Source: Candidatus Bathyarchaeota archaeon
GTDB lineage: Archaea; Thermoproteota; Bathyarchaeia; 40CM-2-53-6
NCBI GenBank assembly: GCA_963733055.1
Contig: CAVTBR010000003.1
Location: 64,001 to 128,000, forward strand
Direction: 5' to 3'
Length of the DNA stretch: 64,000 nucleotides
The translations under genes were made by a program, and so were the position numbers. Below, piece by piece: positions 11,222 through 21,771 of this stretch (the stretch's first letter is position 1; the number at the start of each line of letters is the position of its first letter). Under the pieces are notes generated by a model. That model was not told where the DNA came from. It was given only the letters and a program-made list of their open reading frames with translations, and searched no databases.

Positions 11222-11695
11222 CTATCTTCCTTTCTTCGCTGACTTCTTCGCTGCAGTCTTCGGGCGTGGCTTCTCTGGCGGCTTCGACGGGGGTGCCTTC
11301 GATGGTGCTGCCGGTTTCGCTTCAACGGGCCGCTTTGGTTCGGCGGGTGCTTCTTTGGTGAGAGCGAAGTTGATTTGGTAGGTTTCGTCGGTTATCGTTC
11401 TCCCACGTACCAGCTTCCTTCTTCTTTCGCCGTTTCGAGTGGGCTTGAACCCCGGGCCGGATGAGAGGACGATGTATTTCTTCACTCCCCCGTGCACGTC
11501 TGCTCGCATGGGTATCCCATTCTTGTCACACCCGCCTGTTATGCGAAGCTTTGATTGAGCAATACCCAAGGGCGAACCGTCTATCGTCTCGCCCAGTGAA
11601 CGACCTATCAGAGCCTGGGCTCTAGCTCCCTCGAGCTCGCTAGCTGAGGACTTACCATTCGCGGGGTCAGAGACTATCAGCTTGAATTTCGCCAT
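11222..11695 (-). CDS. rps6e: 30S ribosomal protein S6e with K/P/A-rich tail
   Basis: MAKFKLIVSDP..ITGGCDKNGIPMRAD..GERRRKLVRG. Confidence 0.94.
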   Translation of the reverse strand: MAKFKLIVSDPANGKSSASELEGARAQALIGRSLGETIDGSPLGIAQSKLRITGGCDKNGIPMRADVHGGVKKYIVLSSGPGFKPTRNGERRRKLVRGRTITDETYQINFALTKEAPAEPKRPVEAKPAAPSKAPPSKPPEKPRPKTAAKKSAKKGR

Positions 11696-11873
11696 TACGA
11701 TGACCTTGTTGAAAGTTTGGAACGGTACTACCGACTGAGGGCCTTTTATTAACATTACATTGCTTGGCCGCACGAGCTCTAAAGTAGATCAGCTCGAAAT
11801 GGTGATTAATCAAATGCTGAAGAATTAGAAAGCTGAACCCATGCCCTGCTAATCGAACTAAACTAACGGCAAC

Positions 11874-12314
11874 CTAGTAGTGGTGAGGTGATTGCCGGCC
11901 GGGATTGCTTCGCAGGAACAACTTTAGCTCCGATATGCTGAGGAATCCATGTTCTCTCTTTTCCTCGCCGACCGCCTCTAGCCAAATGTGTTTGGCTTTC
12001 CGCCCTTCCACCTCATGAATCAGCTCTTCCACAGTCAATGCTCTCAGGGTGCTAGGTGGACTCCCTTCTTTGACACGACGAGCCAACGTCACTCTTTCGG
12101 ATGGTTTGAGACCTCCTTGGAGCTTGAAGTAACTCATCGAATCGCTTTCCGAGCGCAGAATACCAACCGTTGTTGAATCCTTCAACTCAATCAAAAGCAT
12201 AGAATACTGATGAATTTCGCTTATCGCTTGAAGTACGTCACTCGCGGAGATCATCGGGATCAGAGTCCATCTCGCGACGACAACCAGTCGCAACTGGGCG
12301 CAGTGCCTATTCAA
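11874..12314 (-). CDS. Hypothetical protein (true start probably near 12254)
   Basis: Only long ORF filling the gap; no recognisable motif. Confidence 0.45.
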   Translation of the reverse strand: MNRHCAQLRLVVVARWTLIPMISASDVLQAISEIHQYSMLLIELKDSTTVGILRSESDSMSYFKLQGGLKPSERVTLARRVKEGSPPSTLRALTVEELIHEVEGRKAKHIWLEAVGEEKREHGFLSISELKLFLRSNPGRQSPHHY

Positions 12315-12471
12315 GTTTCATGGCAAATCAGCGAATCGGCTGGCCTTTCGTGACAAGAGAATTCGGAAGCTTCAATTTTGCAAGCCGGTGAGCCAAATTT
12401 TGCGGCAGAAACGTTCTTAAAAGGCACACATGACCTTACGCTATAAATTGGCAAATGTGCGGTGAAAGCGA

Positions 12472-12858
12472 ATGCCAAAATCGTTCTACGTTAAGTTCGA
12501 AGTCCCGAAGGAGCTTTCAGAGAAGGCTCTGCAGGTTGTACAGGTCGCTAAGGATTCTGGGAAAGTCAGGAAGGGAACCAACGAAAGCACAAAAGCGGTT
12601 GAAAGGGCGGTCGCGAGGCTTGTTCTCATCGCGGAGGATGTGGACCCACCCCAAGTAGTCGCGCACATTCCGATTCTGTGCGAGGAACGCAAGATCCCTT
12701 ACCTTTTTGTTCCCAGCAAACTTGACCTAGGCCGGGCTGCAGGTATTGATGTTGGCTGTGCGGCAGTGACCGTCCTGGAAGCTGGCGAAGGCGCCAAATC
12801 GCTTAAGGAAGTTACCGACTCAATCGATCAACTGAAGAAAACTGGGGCTAAATCTTAG
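12472..12858 (+). CDS. rpl7ae: 50S ribosomal protein L7Ae
   Basis: [26 protein letters not shown]. Confidence 0.97.
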   Translation: MPKSFYVKFEVPKELSEKALQVVQVAKDSGKVRKGTNESTKAVERAVARLVLIAEDVDPPQVVAHIPILCEERKIPYLFVPSKLDLGRAAGIDVGCAAVTVLEAGEGAKSLKEVTDSIDQLKKTGAKS

Positions 12859-12860
12859 GC

Positions 12861-13085
12861 ATGAGTGCGGCCAAGGAGCGCTCCGAGGAGGCCATTACGC
12901 CCGCCGAAGTTACTCAGATAATAGGAAGAACAGGCGTGACGGGTGAGGTCATCCAGGTTCGAGTTAGGATCTTAGAGGGTCGGGACAAAGGCCGAGTCAT
13001 TACAAGGAATATCAAGGGCCCAATACGTACTGGAGACGTTCTAATGCTTAGGGAAACCGAGAGGGAAGCCAAGAAGATTAGGTAG
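12861..13085 (+). CDS. rps28e: 30S ribosomal protein S28e
   Basis: [22 protein letters not shown]. Confidence 0.97.
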   Translation: MSAAKERSEEAITPAEVTQIIGRTGVTGEVIQVRVRILEGRDKGRVITRNIKGPIRTGDVLMLRETEREAKKIR

Positions 13086-13102
13086 GGAGACGCGTCTGAG
13101 AG

Positions 13103-13297
13103 TTGCCGAGAACCCATACATGCTCCTTTTGTGGAAAGGACTTCCACCAAGGAACAGGCATCATGTTTATTCAAAATGACGGGTCGATTTTCTATTTCTG
13201 TTCGACCAAATGCAGGAAGAGCATGATGGTCTACAAGAGGGATCCACGGAAGCTGAAGTGGACCCTGTACTATGGGAAGAAGGAAAGAGGCAAGTAG
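13103..13297 (+). CDS. rpl24e: 50S ribosomal protein L24e
   Basis: CSFCG..GTG..FCSTKC..PRKLKWT. Confidence 0.96.
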   Translation: MPRTHTCSFCGKDFHQGTGIMFIQNDGSIFYFCSTKCRKSMMVYKRDPRKLKWTLYYGKKERGK

Positions 13298-13308
13298 GCC
13301 CGTTAGCG

Positions 13309-13767
13309 TTGGAAACGGAGCAGACGTTTTCTTTTCTTAAGCCCGAAAGCGTCATGAGAGGGTTTGTTGGCGAAATCGTCTCTCGATTTGAGAAAAAGGG
13401 TCTCGTCTTGGTCGGCGCAAAGTTGATTCAAATGTCGAGAGAGCAGGCCGAAAAGTTGTACGGTGTGCACAAGGGTAAACCCTTCTTCAATGAGCTTGTG
13501 TCTCATGTCACGTCCGGACCTGTCTTCTTGATGGTTTGGGAAGGTCCGAACGCTGTCACGGTTGTTAGGAATCTAGTGGGAGCCACGAATCCACTCAACG
13601 CGGCGGCTGGAACGATTCGGGGGGACTTTGCTCTTCAAGTAACTCCAAATGCTATTCATGGGGCTGATTCGCCGGAGAACGCCAAACGGGAAATGTCAAT
13701 CTTCTTCTCAAGTAGTGAGTTTACGAAATATTCCAAACCGACGGAACGCGAATTCTTGCTAAAATGA
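13309..13767 (+). CDS. ndk: Nucleoside diphosphate kinase
   Basis: [28 protein letters not shown]; TTG start at 13309. Confidence 0.96.
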   Translation: METEQTFSFLKPESVMRGFVGEIVSRFEKKGLVLVGAKLIQMSREQAEKLYGVHKGKPFFNELVSHVTSGPVFLMVWEGPNAVTVVRNLVGATNPLNAAAGTIRGDFALQVTPNAIHGADSPENAKREMSIFFSSSEFTKYSKPTEREFLLK

Positions 13768-13768
13768 C

Positions 13769-15548
13769 TTAGAAACCCCAGACGGGATTCTCTCTTCTCT
13801 TGAGCTGAATTAACTCCTTTATCGTTTCCTGGTCGCTCTCAACGAGTTCGGATGGGAATTTCGTGGTAAGCGTCTTCAAGTGCCTTTCAGGTACATCTAC
13901 ATAAATCGTGTCGCCTTCGGAGAGGTTCCGTCCAACAACACCATCTTCTATGGAAACCGCCACTTGACTACCGACGACAGCTTCTTGCACGTCCTTGCCT
14001 TGATCCTGCATCCTCTGAACCAGACCCAATTTCTTCCCAGATGAGGATATGAGCGGGTACTTCGGTTTCAGTCGGCCCGTAACAATCTCTAGACCCACAA
14101 TCGCGGGTTTGCTCCGTCTAAAAATGAACCCCGAAAGGAATCTGGCTTTGCAAGGTCTTACTAACTGCGTCTAGTTCCGCCTTCACTCCTGCGCTCCGTT
14201 GTTCCTCATTCCACCTCAAATAATCCTCCATCATATGGTAGATAACGTCAGAATGAAAGATCGGCGTCTCGCTAATTCTCGACTCTTCCTCAGCGTCGGG
14301 AAGAATCTTGACATTGAAAGCCAGAATTACCCTCAACAAACGGTCTTCTTGACTGGCCGTTTCAGCCTCTACTACGTCACGCTTCGAAACGTCACCAATA
14401 TCTGCCAAGTGGATTGGAATGTCATGTCGTGAGAGCTCTTCTGTAACCGCTTCCAACGATCCCAGAGTATCAGTCTTAAGGACAATTCCGGAGCGCTCAG
14501 TCTTTATTCGAAGCTTCTCAACCTCATCTTCTATAATTCGAACGTATTCCTTAGTGTTCTTTCCTTTCGGTACAGCGTATATGGTTGAACCAGCAAGTGC
14601 ACTTTCCAGCGAAGGTGCAGCGATTTTGACTCCGGAAGCCGCTGTAACTCTACGCACGCTAGTGAATCGGTCCTTCGGATCCCTGATCTCGTCAAGAGGT
14701 TTGGGCACGAGTATGGCACGGACTTCCGTTACTATTGGTTTGTCACGCCCGCCCAGAACAATTGTATCATGAATTTTCAACGATCCGTCGTAGATTATAG
14801 CGTTGACCGTAGTCCCGAGCCCCGGCTCATCTTTTACCTCTAGTATCGTTCCACGCGCCGGGCCCGAGGTGACTTGGAGTTCGTTTTCAAGGTAAGCCTG
14901 TGTCAAGCCAGTCAGGATGGCAAGCAATTCTGGAATTCCTTCACCCGTTTTCGCGCTCACTGGAATTATCGCCACGTTTTGTTTGAAATCTGCTATTCTA
15001 TCAAACCGTTCCGCGCGAAATCCGAGCCTAGATAGTGTCCCAAGAATCGTGTATACTCGATTGTCCAGCTCGGTTTGCACTTCTGGAAACTGATCCTTGA
15101 GCGAGCGGAGAAACGAAGAGTCGCTTTGCGATTTCCATCCCGGGATCGCATCAATCTTGTTGGCAGCAACAATGAATGGTGTTTTTCTACTCTTGAGAAT
15201 GTTTATGGATTCTACCGTCTGAGGTTCTATACCCTTCGTGACGTCGACGACGAGAATCGCGATATCTGCCGCCGAGCCGCCTCTTCTTCGCAGGTTCGAG
15301 AAAGTCTCATGCCCTGGCGTGTCGATGAAGAGAAGACCGGGAACTTTTAGCTCAAAATGAAACTGCTGTAGGAGGTCGCCGCAGATACGCCGGATTGTCT
15401 CGCTCGGAAGCAGGCTTGCTCCAATTAACTGAGTGATCAGTCCAGGCTCGTGTTTAGCGACAGTTGTACCACGCAGCTTGTCCAGTAACGTGGTCTTTCC
15501 ATGGTCTACATGACCAAGCACAACGACGATTGGTTGACGTATCGGCAA
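13769..15548 (-). CDS. infB: Translation initiation factor aIF5B, frameshifted near 14165
   Basis: IRQPIVVVLGHVDHGKTT, DTPGHE, NKID; removing one base gives LVRPCKARFLSGFIFRRSKPAIVG and the WGF terminus. Confidence 0.95.
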
Positions 15549-15768
15549 ACATCTCACGCACGGATGATATTTTCATACAAGCGTAGAAGCAGTTTGCCCT
15601 TAAACTTTGCACGGATTAGAACGTTGTTTGCGGTGCGAGGCCTGCTTTTCCATAGTAGGGATTGCTTACTATCGTTGTTCCGAACTCATCGGGTGAGAGT
15701 ACCGTTCTATTTCAGTTGCGGCCATCAACTTAGCACAAAATCGCTTAGGAATGACACGTTAGTCGTTT

Positions 15769-17652
15769 TCACCTGATCAGCCTTGCAGAGTTGAGAATGA
15801 AGATAAGCTCGGAGACAACATGTATTCCCGCAGCCAAGAGCGGGCTCAGGAACCCTAAGAATGCAAGAGTGACGCCTATTCCATCTACGACGACTGTTCC
15901 ATAGAAGTTTGTCATTATTGTGCGATAGGCTTTCTTACTCAGCCTTGCAACGTCTGCAATCTTTTGAAGGTCATTCGTCATCAGAACTATGGCTGCTTCT
16001 TCAATTGCAACGTCAGTTCCAGCTCCCATTCCGATTCCGACGCTAGCCCGCGCTAGTGCGGGCGCGTCGTTGATGCCGTCGCCAGCCATCGCGACTCTGT
16101 GGCCTTCAGCGACGAGCTTTTCGACTAGAGCAACCTTGTCTCCTGGGAGCAATTCTGCGTATACTTCGTCTATCCCTACTTCGTTCGCTACGATCTGAGC
16201 CGCGACTTTGTTGTCGCCTGTGAGCATTATCGTTTTTATTCCCATGTTTCTTAGGTCTGTCATTGCTTTTCTGCTCTCGTCTCTAATTCTGTCGGCGACA
16301 GCAATGAGCCCACATACCTTGTTCTCGTGGGCGACGTATACCGCAGTTTTTCCTTGAGCGGCCTGCGTCGTCGATATGGACAGGGCCTCCCGCGAGATTG
16401 CAATACCTTTCTCACGCAGCAAAGTACCGTTGCCGACTAGGATGCTATGTCCCTCACTTTCTACGGCAACTCCCTTACCCGGCACGTAACTGAATGTTGA
16501 GTGTGCGATTCCCCTCACGCCAAGCTCTGAAGCTTTTTCGACGATCGCACCCGCAATCGGGTGATTCAGGTACCGTTCTGCGGTTACTGCAAATTGAAGT
16601 ACTTGTTGAGTGTTACAATTGTCTACCGCTGTCACATCCGTAACGATAGGCGTGCCAAAAGTCAATGTTCCAGTTTTATCAATTACAACTGTGTCTATGC
16701 GGCTCATTTCCTCGACATAGACCCCTCCCTTGATGATGGCCCCTCGCTTTGCCGCCTTGCCCATGATCGCAACTATCGCGAGCGGAGTTCCTGCAGCAAC
16801 TCCACACGCACCGGCAACCACAATGACCGAAAGCGTTGACGTCAGGTTTCTCGTAAGCAAAAAGGTGAGGACAGAGAAACCAATCGCAAATTCAACCAAC
16901 CACGTAGCAAGCCGGTCCGAAGTCTTCTGTATGGGGGCCTTCTTGTTTTCCGCCTCCTCCACGAGTTTAATGATCTTTCCGAATAAGGTCTCGCTACCAA
17001 CCTTGGCCGTCCGCACCTCGACAATGCCTGATTCATTTACGCTTCCGGCGTAAACCGTATCCCCACTACTCTTCTCAACTCTTGCTGATTCGCCGGTCAT
17101 CATGGATTGGTTGACGAATGCTGACCCAGCGACAATCGTTCCGTCCACGGGTATGCGCTCGCCATCCCGCACAATGACGACATCGTTCGGTTGGAGCGAT
17201 TCTATGTCAGCTTCAATTTCGGTATCGTTACGTCTAACAAGGGCTCTCTTTGGGTCTGACTTTTCGAGCAGAGTTATGGTTTGCCGTCCTTTATCGACTG
17301 CATAGGTCTCGATGTACTCTGATAGGAGGACGAAGAATGTGATTACCACCGACACGGTATACTGCCCGACAATAAGCGAAGCTAGGATCGCAACGGTCAT
17401 GGACACCTCCATATTCACGTGACCATGTCTGAGCGCCCCGAATGTTTCTTTGTAAACTGGGTAGCCGCCCGCTAAGGTCGCGAGTATGGCAATGAAGTCG
17501 ATCGGTAGGAACGTATGCCATATTCCGACCCAGCTGAGCAGCGCGGCAACGCCCATGAACGAAAGTCGTAGCAGCTCTCGCGACGTGTTCCCTTTGTGTT
17601 CTTCCTGTGCCTCATCGTCTTCTTTACTTCTCTCCTGCTTACTGCTCATCAC
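15769..17652 (-). CDS. Heavy-metal P1B-type ATPase with atypical TM motif
   Basis: TGES, DKTGTLT, HP, GDGINDAPAL; VAGACGVAAGTP in place of CPC; no N-terminal metal-binding domain. Confidence 0.92.
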   Translation of the reverse strand: MMSSKQERSKEDDEAQEEHKGNTSRELLRLSFMGVAALLSWVGIWHTFLPIDFIAILATLAGGYPVYKETFGALRHGHVNMEVSMTVAILASLIVGQYTVSVVITFFVLLSEYIETYAVDKGRQTITLLEKSDPKRALVRRNDTEIEADIESLQPNDVVIVRDGERIPVDGTIVAGSAFVNQSMMTGESARVEKSSGDTVYAGSVNESGIVEVRTAKVGSETLFGKIIKLVEEAENKKAPIQKTSDRLATWLVEFAIGFSVLTFLLTRNLTSTLSVIVVAGACGVAAGTPLAIVAIMGKAAKRGAIIKGGVYVEEMSRIDTVVIDKTGTLTFGTPIVTDVTAVDNCNTQQVLQFAVTAERYLNHPIAGAIVEKASELGVRGIAHSTFSYVPGKGVAVESEGHSILVGNGTLLREKGIAISREALSISTTQAAQGKTAVYVAHENKVCGLIAVADRIRDESRKAMTDLRNMGIKTIMLTGDNKVAAQIVANEVGIDEVYAELLPGDKVALVEKLVAEGHRVAMAGDGINDAPALARASVGIGMGAGTDVAIEEAAIVLMTNDLQKIADVARLSKKAYRTIMTNFYGTVVVDGIGVTLAFLGFLSPLLAAGIHVVSELIFILNSARLIR

Positions 17653-17684
17653 TAAGGTCTTCCCTTTCTATTGGCGTGCATCAC

Positions 17685-17948
17685 TCATCGAGTTCTGGCA
17701 ATAACTTCCTGAAGTTCAAGAGCCGCCTCAGAAGCAGACTTGTTCTTCCCAGATTTTGCGACGCAGTCTTCTACCAAATCTTCAACGATAATCTGCACCG
17801 CACTGTCTAACCCTGCCTGTACAGCAGAGATCTGCTGGACAACCTCAGAGTAGGACCTCCCCTGCTCAAGCATTTCCATTATTCCGTGCACGTGGCCATG
17901 AATTCGGGCAATCCTCTTGGCCACATCATCCCTCTTGTGCGACGACAT
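17685..17948 (-). CDS. CsoR/RcnR-family repressor
   Basis: RIARIHGHVHGIMEML..QQISAV pattern, 87 aa, directly upstream of P1B ATPase. Confidence 0.85.
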   Translation of the reverse strand: MSSHKRDDVAKRIARIHGHVHGIMEMLEQGRSYSEVVQQISAVQAGLDSAVQIIVEDLVEDCVAKSGKNKSASEAALELQEVIARTR

Positions 17949-17952
17949 ATCC

Positions 17953-17971
17953 TATCCTAGGGGGGAGGATA
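17953..17971. promoter_or_regulatory. Probable CsoR/RcnR-type operator TATCCT-A-G6-AGGATA
   Basis: Inverted repeat around a G6 tract, between the minus-strand TTATAT box (about 17984-17989) and the repressor start. Confidence 0.75.
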
Positions 17972-18246
17972 CGAGCAGGAGGGATATAACTCAATCCCAT
18001 GAGCTTGTCAGGCCTGCAGGAGCGAACACATTCATCGGTTCAAGAGTCGATGGCAAATGGAGTTATGTTATAGGGATCAACAGCTTTGCTCTGGACCAAT
18101 CCCGGTCCAGAACGGCACGCGAGGTCATGTCAAGGCGCAAGGCGAAGTAACAGCGTGGAACATTTGGAATAAGACGCCGAAAGTATGCACGATGTTTTTA
18201 CACGAGTCAGATTAGCTTTCGCACTGGGTTCTACGGGGCTATAGCG

Positions 18247-21108
18247 CTGCAACAACTCAACGTCTTCGACGAACTCGCCAAACCATTACGCGACGCCATA
18301 GTTGAACGTGGGTTCGCGTCCCCGACAAACCCACAGCTCCGGGCCATTCCCGAAATCCTAGCAGGTAAAAACGTCCTTCTGATCTCGCCAACTGCTTCCG
18401 GAAAGACGGAGGCAGCCGTTCTTCCAGTTCTCAGCAAGTACATCGCCGACCGTGGCGAGGACCGTGGGATCAAGATTCTGTACATCACTCCGCTGCGGGC
18501 CCTGAACCGAGACATGTTGGAACGGTTTGAATGGTGGGGAAAGCGACTCGACGTGCGGATTGCAGTTAGACACGGCGATACGGACGTTAAGGAACGGAGT
18601 TTTCAAGCAAAGAACCCGCCCGACATGCTAATCATAACACCTGAGACACTTCAAGCAATATTGACTGGGAGGGTGATGAAGCGTCATTTACAATCTGTGA
18701 GATATCTAATCATCGATGAAGTTCATGAATTAGCGGAGGATAAGCGGGGCACCCAACTTACAATAGCAATTGAGCGGCTAAGAGGTGCCGCCAATCATGA
18801 CTTTCAAATGATCGGTCTATCTGCAACCATTGGCTCCCCAGAGAAAGTTGCAAAATTCCTAGTTGGAAACGGCAGGGAAGCTACCATCATTCAAGTTCCC
18901 GTCGGACGAGAAATCCGCCTCAACGTGATCTGCCCCAAACCTACACCAAAAGATACCGCCCTGGCTTCGAGGTTATTTACACACCCGGAAGTCGCGGCAC
19001 GTCTAAGCATTATGCGCAAAATGATCGAGGACCATCGTTCCGTCATATTGTTCACGAACACACGTTCCATAGCCGAAATTCTTGCCAGTCGTATGAAGGT
19101 TTGGGACGTGGATTTCCCTGTCTCAATCCACCATGGCTCCCTAGCAAAACCCTCTAGGATTAGCGCTGAGCGCGGCCTGAAGGGGGGGCAACTTCGAGGA
19201 CTCGTAGCAACTTCTTCCCTTGAACTTGGAATTGATGTTGGAAGCGTGGACTTTGTAATTCAATACATGAGCCCGAGACAGGTCACTCGATTAATTCAAA
19301 GGGTGGGAAGAAGCGGGCACAGAATTGGCAGAGTTGCCGACGGAGTAATCGTTGCACTCGATTCGGATGATACCCTCGAATCTATGGTCATCGCCAGACG
19401 TGCTCTTGCCGAAGAGTTGGAGCCCGTTTCCATCCCAGAGAAACCCCTCGACGTCCTTGCCCATCAACTGGTAGGGTTGCTGATTCAGAAGGGTAGGTGG
19501 TACCTTAACGAAATCATGGAACTCGTGACTAAGGCCTACCCGTACAAGGACCTGACAGAACAGGAACTGCTTGGGGTGATTAACTACATGCACTCCCGTT
19601 TTCCCCGTCTAGCCTGGTATTCAGACTTGGACAAGGTTATGCTTCGACCTAGGAGAATCAACTCCCTTTACACATACTACTTCGGAAAGCTCTCGATGAT
19701 TCCGGACGAAAAACAGTACCTGATCATAGACGAATCGGACGATCAAGCTGTCGGTGTACTCGACGAGGCTTTCGTGGCCGAATACGGCGAACCTGGCCGA
19801 AAATTCATCGTTCGCGGGAGTCCTTGGAAAATGACAAGCATTCGAGGGGACAAAATCTACGTGAAACAAATCCGAGATCCGACGGGCTCGATTCCAAGCT
19901 GGATAGGCGAAGAAATCCCCGTCCCTTATGAGATTGGTCAGGAAGTCGGCTCAATAAGACGGAGGGCAGAGGAATCAATTCGAGTTAACGGAGGGGATAG
20001 TGAACTAATCGAGGAACTATGCGCTGATTACCCGATCAACGCTGAGACCATGCGCCGATCCCTAAGCGAAACCCTCGAACAGATATCACTCGGAATCAGC
20101 GTCCCAACGGATAGGCGTGTAATAGTCGAGGACTGGGACGACTTTGTCATCATACACGCACACTTCGGGCTGTTAGTAAACAGAACACTCGCTCGATTAG
20201 TGGGACACTTGCTCTCGGAAGAGATCGGCGTCACAATCGGAGTACAACAGGATCCCTACCGAATATTGATACAGACATCGGGCTCCGCAGGAGCAACTAA
20301 GGTCGCGGATACTTTGAGGCAGCTTGGGAAAATGGAGATCCAGAACTTAGTCCTTGAATCGACCAAGAAAACAGGTCTCTTCAAACGACGCTTAATTCAT
20401 GTGGCCAAACGGTTTGGCGCAATAACGAAATGGGTTCAGACCGGAAGCGTGAACCTTCGCCAGCTAATGAAGAGCTTCGAAGGAACAGTCATCATGGATG
20501 AAGCTTTCAAGGAAACTTTAGAGAAGGACCTTGACGTCGCCAACACTGTCAGGGTTCTTCAACAGATAGGCAACAACCTGGAGCTGCTAGTGGCCCCTCA
20601 GTCACCCGACGCTAGCCCAATCGCCCGGATCGGGATTGAGAGAATAAGCAGAAAGACAGACCTAATCCCACCTGAGAAGATGAGGCGGATTCTCATCGAG
20701 TCAACGAAGGTGAGAATCCTTAACGAATTTCGGACATTGGCATGCCCGAAATGTTTTGTCTACGCACAGATACAACGAGTGAAGGACATGCCAGACGACT
20801 TCACATGCCCAGAGTGCAAAAAAGCCTGTCTCGGAATCACGGCTGAACTACCGGAAGCAATTGAAAAAATACACCTCAAGAAAACACACAAACTGTCTGA
20901 ACGAGAAGGGAGAATTGTCGAAGACCTCAAAGGAAGTGCCCTGCTGCTACGGAAATACCGTAAAGTTGCAGCTTATGTGATGGCCGGTAGAAGAATTCGC
21001 CCTTCTGAGGCGAGAGTGGTACTCAGGCGAACCGCAAAGGTTTCGGACCGGCTCTTTGAGGGGATTATGGAAGCGGAAAGGAAGGTGCTGCGACGCCGCT
21101 TTGTATAA
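18247..21108 (+). CDS. lhr: Lhr-like ATP-dependent helicase
   Basis: PTASGKT lies upstream of the track start in the same frame; DEVH, GLSAT, HHGS, SSLELGID, QRVGRSGH; C-terminal CxxC..CxxC; probable CTG start. Confidence 0.94.
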   Translation: MQQLNVFDELAKPLRDAIVERGFASPTNPQLRAIPEILAGKNVLLISPTASGKTEAAVLPVLSKYIADRGEDRGIKILYITPLRALNRDMLERFEWWGKRLDVRIAVRHGDTDVKERSFQAKNPPDMLIITPETLQAILTGRVMKRHLQSVRYLIIDEVHELAEDKRGTQLTIAIERLRGAANHDFQMIGLSATIGSPEKVAKFLVGNGREATIIQVPVGREIRLNVICPKPTPKDTALASRLFTHPEVAARLSIMRKMIEDHRSVILFTNTRSIAEILASRMKVWDVDFPVSIHHGSLAKPSRISAERGLKGGQLRGLVATSSLELGIDVGSVDFVIQYMSPRQVTRLIQRVGRSGHRIGRVADGVIVALDSDDTLESMVIARRALAEELEPVSIPEKPLDVLAHQLVGLLIQKGRWYLNEIMELVTKAYPYKDLTEQELLGVINYMHSRFPRLAWYSDLDKVMLRPRRINSLYTYYFGKLSMIPDEKQYLIIDESDDQAVGVLDEAFVAEYGEPGRKFIVRGSPWKMTSIRGDKIYVKQIRDPTGSIPSWIGEEIPVPYEIGQEVGSIRRRAEESIRVNGGDSELIEELCADYPINAETMRRSLSETLEQISLGISVPTDRRVIVEDWDDFVIIHAHFGLLVNRTLARLVGHLLSEEIGVTIGVQQDPYRILIQTSGSAGATKVADTLRQLGKMEIQNLVLESTKKTGLFKRRLIHVAKRFGAITKWVQTGSVNLRQLMKSFEGTVIMDEAFKETLEKDLDVANTVRVLQQIGNNLELLVAPQSPDASPIARIGIERISRKTDLIPPEKMRRILIESTKVRILNEFRTLACPKCFVYAQIQRVKDMPDDFTCPECKKACLGITAELPEAIEKIHLKKTHKLSEREGRIVEDLKGSALLLRKYRKVAAYVMAGRRIRPSEARVVLRRTAKVSDRLFEGIMEAERKVLRRRFV

Positions 21109-21155
21109 GCAGAGACTCCGGAAGCACGATTAAGCTCTGAAGAGCACTGAATCAT

Positions 21156-21214
21156 GGGCGATGACGAAAGCTGGTATTGGAGATCCTGTGATCGAAGAAA
21201 CCAGACCTGAGCCC
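21156..21214 (+). ncRNA. C/D box methylation guide sRNA
   Basis: GGGC/GCCC terminal stem, C box ATGACGA, 12-nt guide, degenerate D' GAGA, C' GTGATCG, 12-nt guide, D box CTGA; TATA-like ATTAAG about 25 nt upstream. Confidence 0.78.
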
Positions 21215-21267
21215 TGATTATCATGCTAAGCGCGTCTGTCGAAACGGAGATCCGAACAGCTATTGAG

Positions 21268-21660
21268 TCAGCAGAGTTCCCGGTGCCTCTCCCAGCGGCT
21301 CAAGCTTATGAAACCTAGATGACGGTAGAACTCCTCAGTTCCCTCGAACGGTATAACATAGATCATGCACTCGGGGTAATTTTCCATGACTTTCTGTAGT
21401 AACCCGGAACCAACACCCTCGTTCTTGCGTGATGGGGCTACTTCAAGGAGCATTATCCTCAACTCGAATCGACTCCACCTACCAAGAATACTGATCCCGA
21501 CTAAGGTGTTCGCCTGAACAGCAATCCAATATTCGTGGCCCACGCCCAACACATTGAATTTCTCACCCTCTCCAGAAATCGGCAGTCCCTCTCCAAACTT
21601 GAGTCTCGAAACATCGCTAAGGGTACCGTTACGACATTCGATTGAGAGGGACATGGTCAA
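21268..21660 (-). CDS. GNAT-family acetyltransferase
   Basis: LEVAPSRKNEGVGSGLL (motif A), FYRHLGF. Confidence 0.8.
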   Translation of the reverse strand: MTMSLSIECRNGTLSDVSRLKFGEGLPISGEGEKFNVLGVGHEYWIAVQANTLVGISILGRWSRFELRIMLLEVAPSRKNEGVGSGLLQKVMENYPECMIYVIPFEGTEEFYRHLGFISLSRWERHRELC

Positions 21661-21771
21661 CGAGGAAGCTTACCGAAGCACCAAAAAGGTTTAAGTTAGG
21701 TTAAGCCAATCGGCCGTTTGTCAACCGCGGCAACACGCATGCGAGCTTGGCGTCAAGGAAAATGATATTCG

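Noticed and set aside
14155-14175. aIF5B frameshift
   Set aside because: Single extra base, no intron-sized insert; likely assembly error
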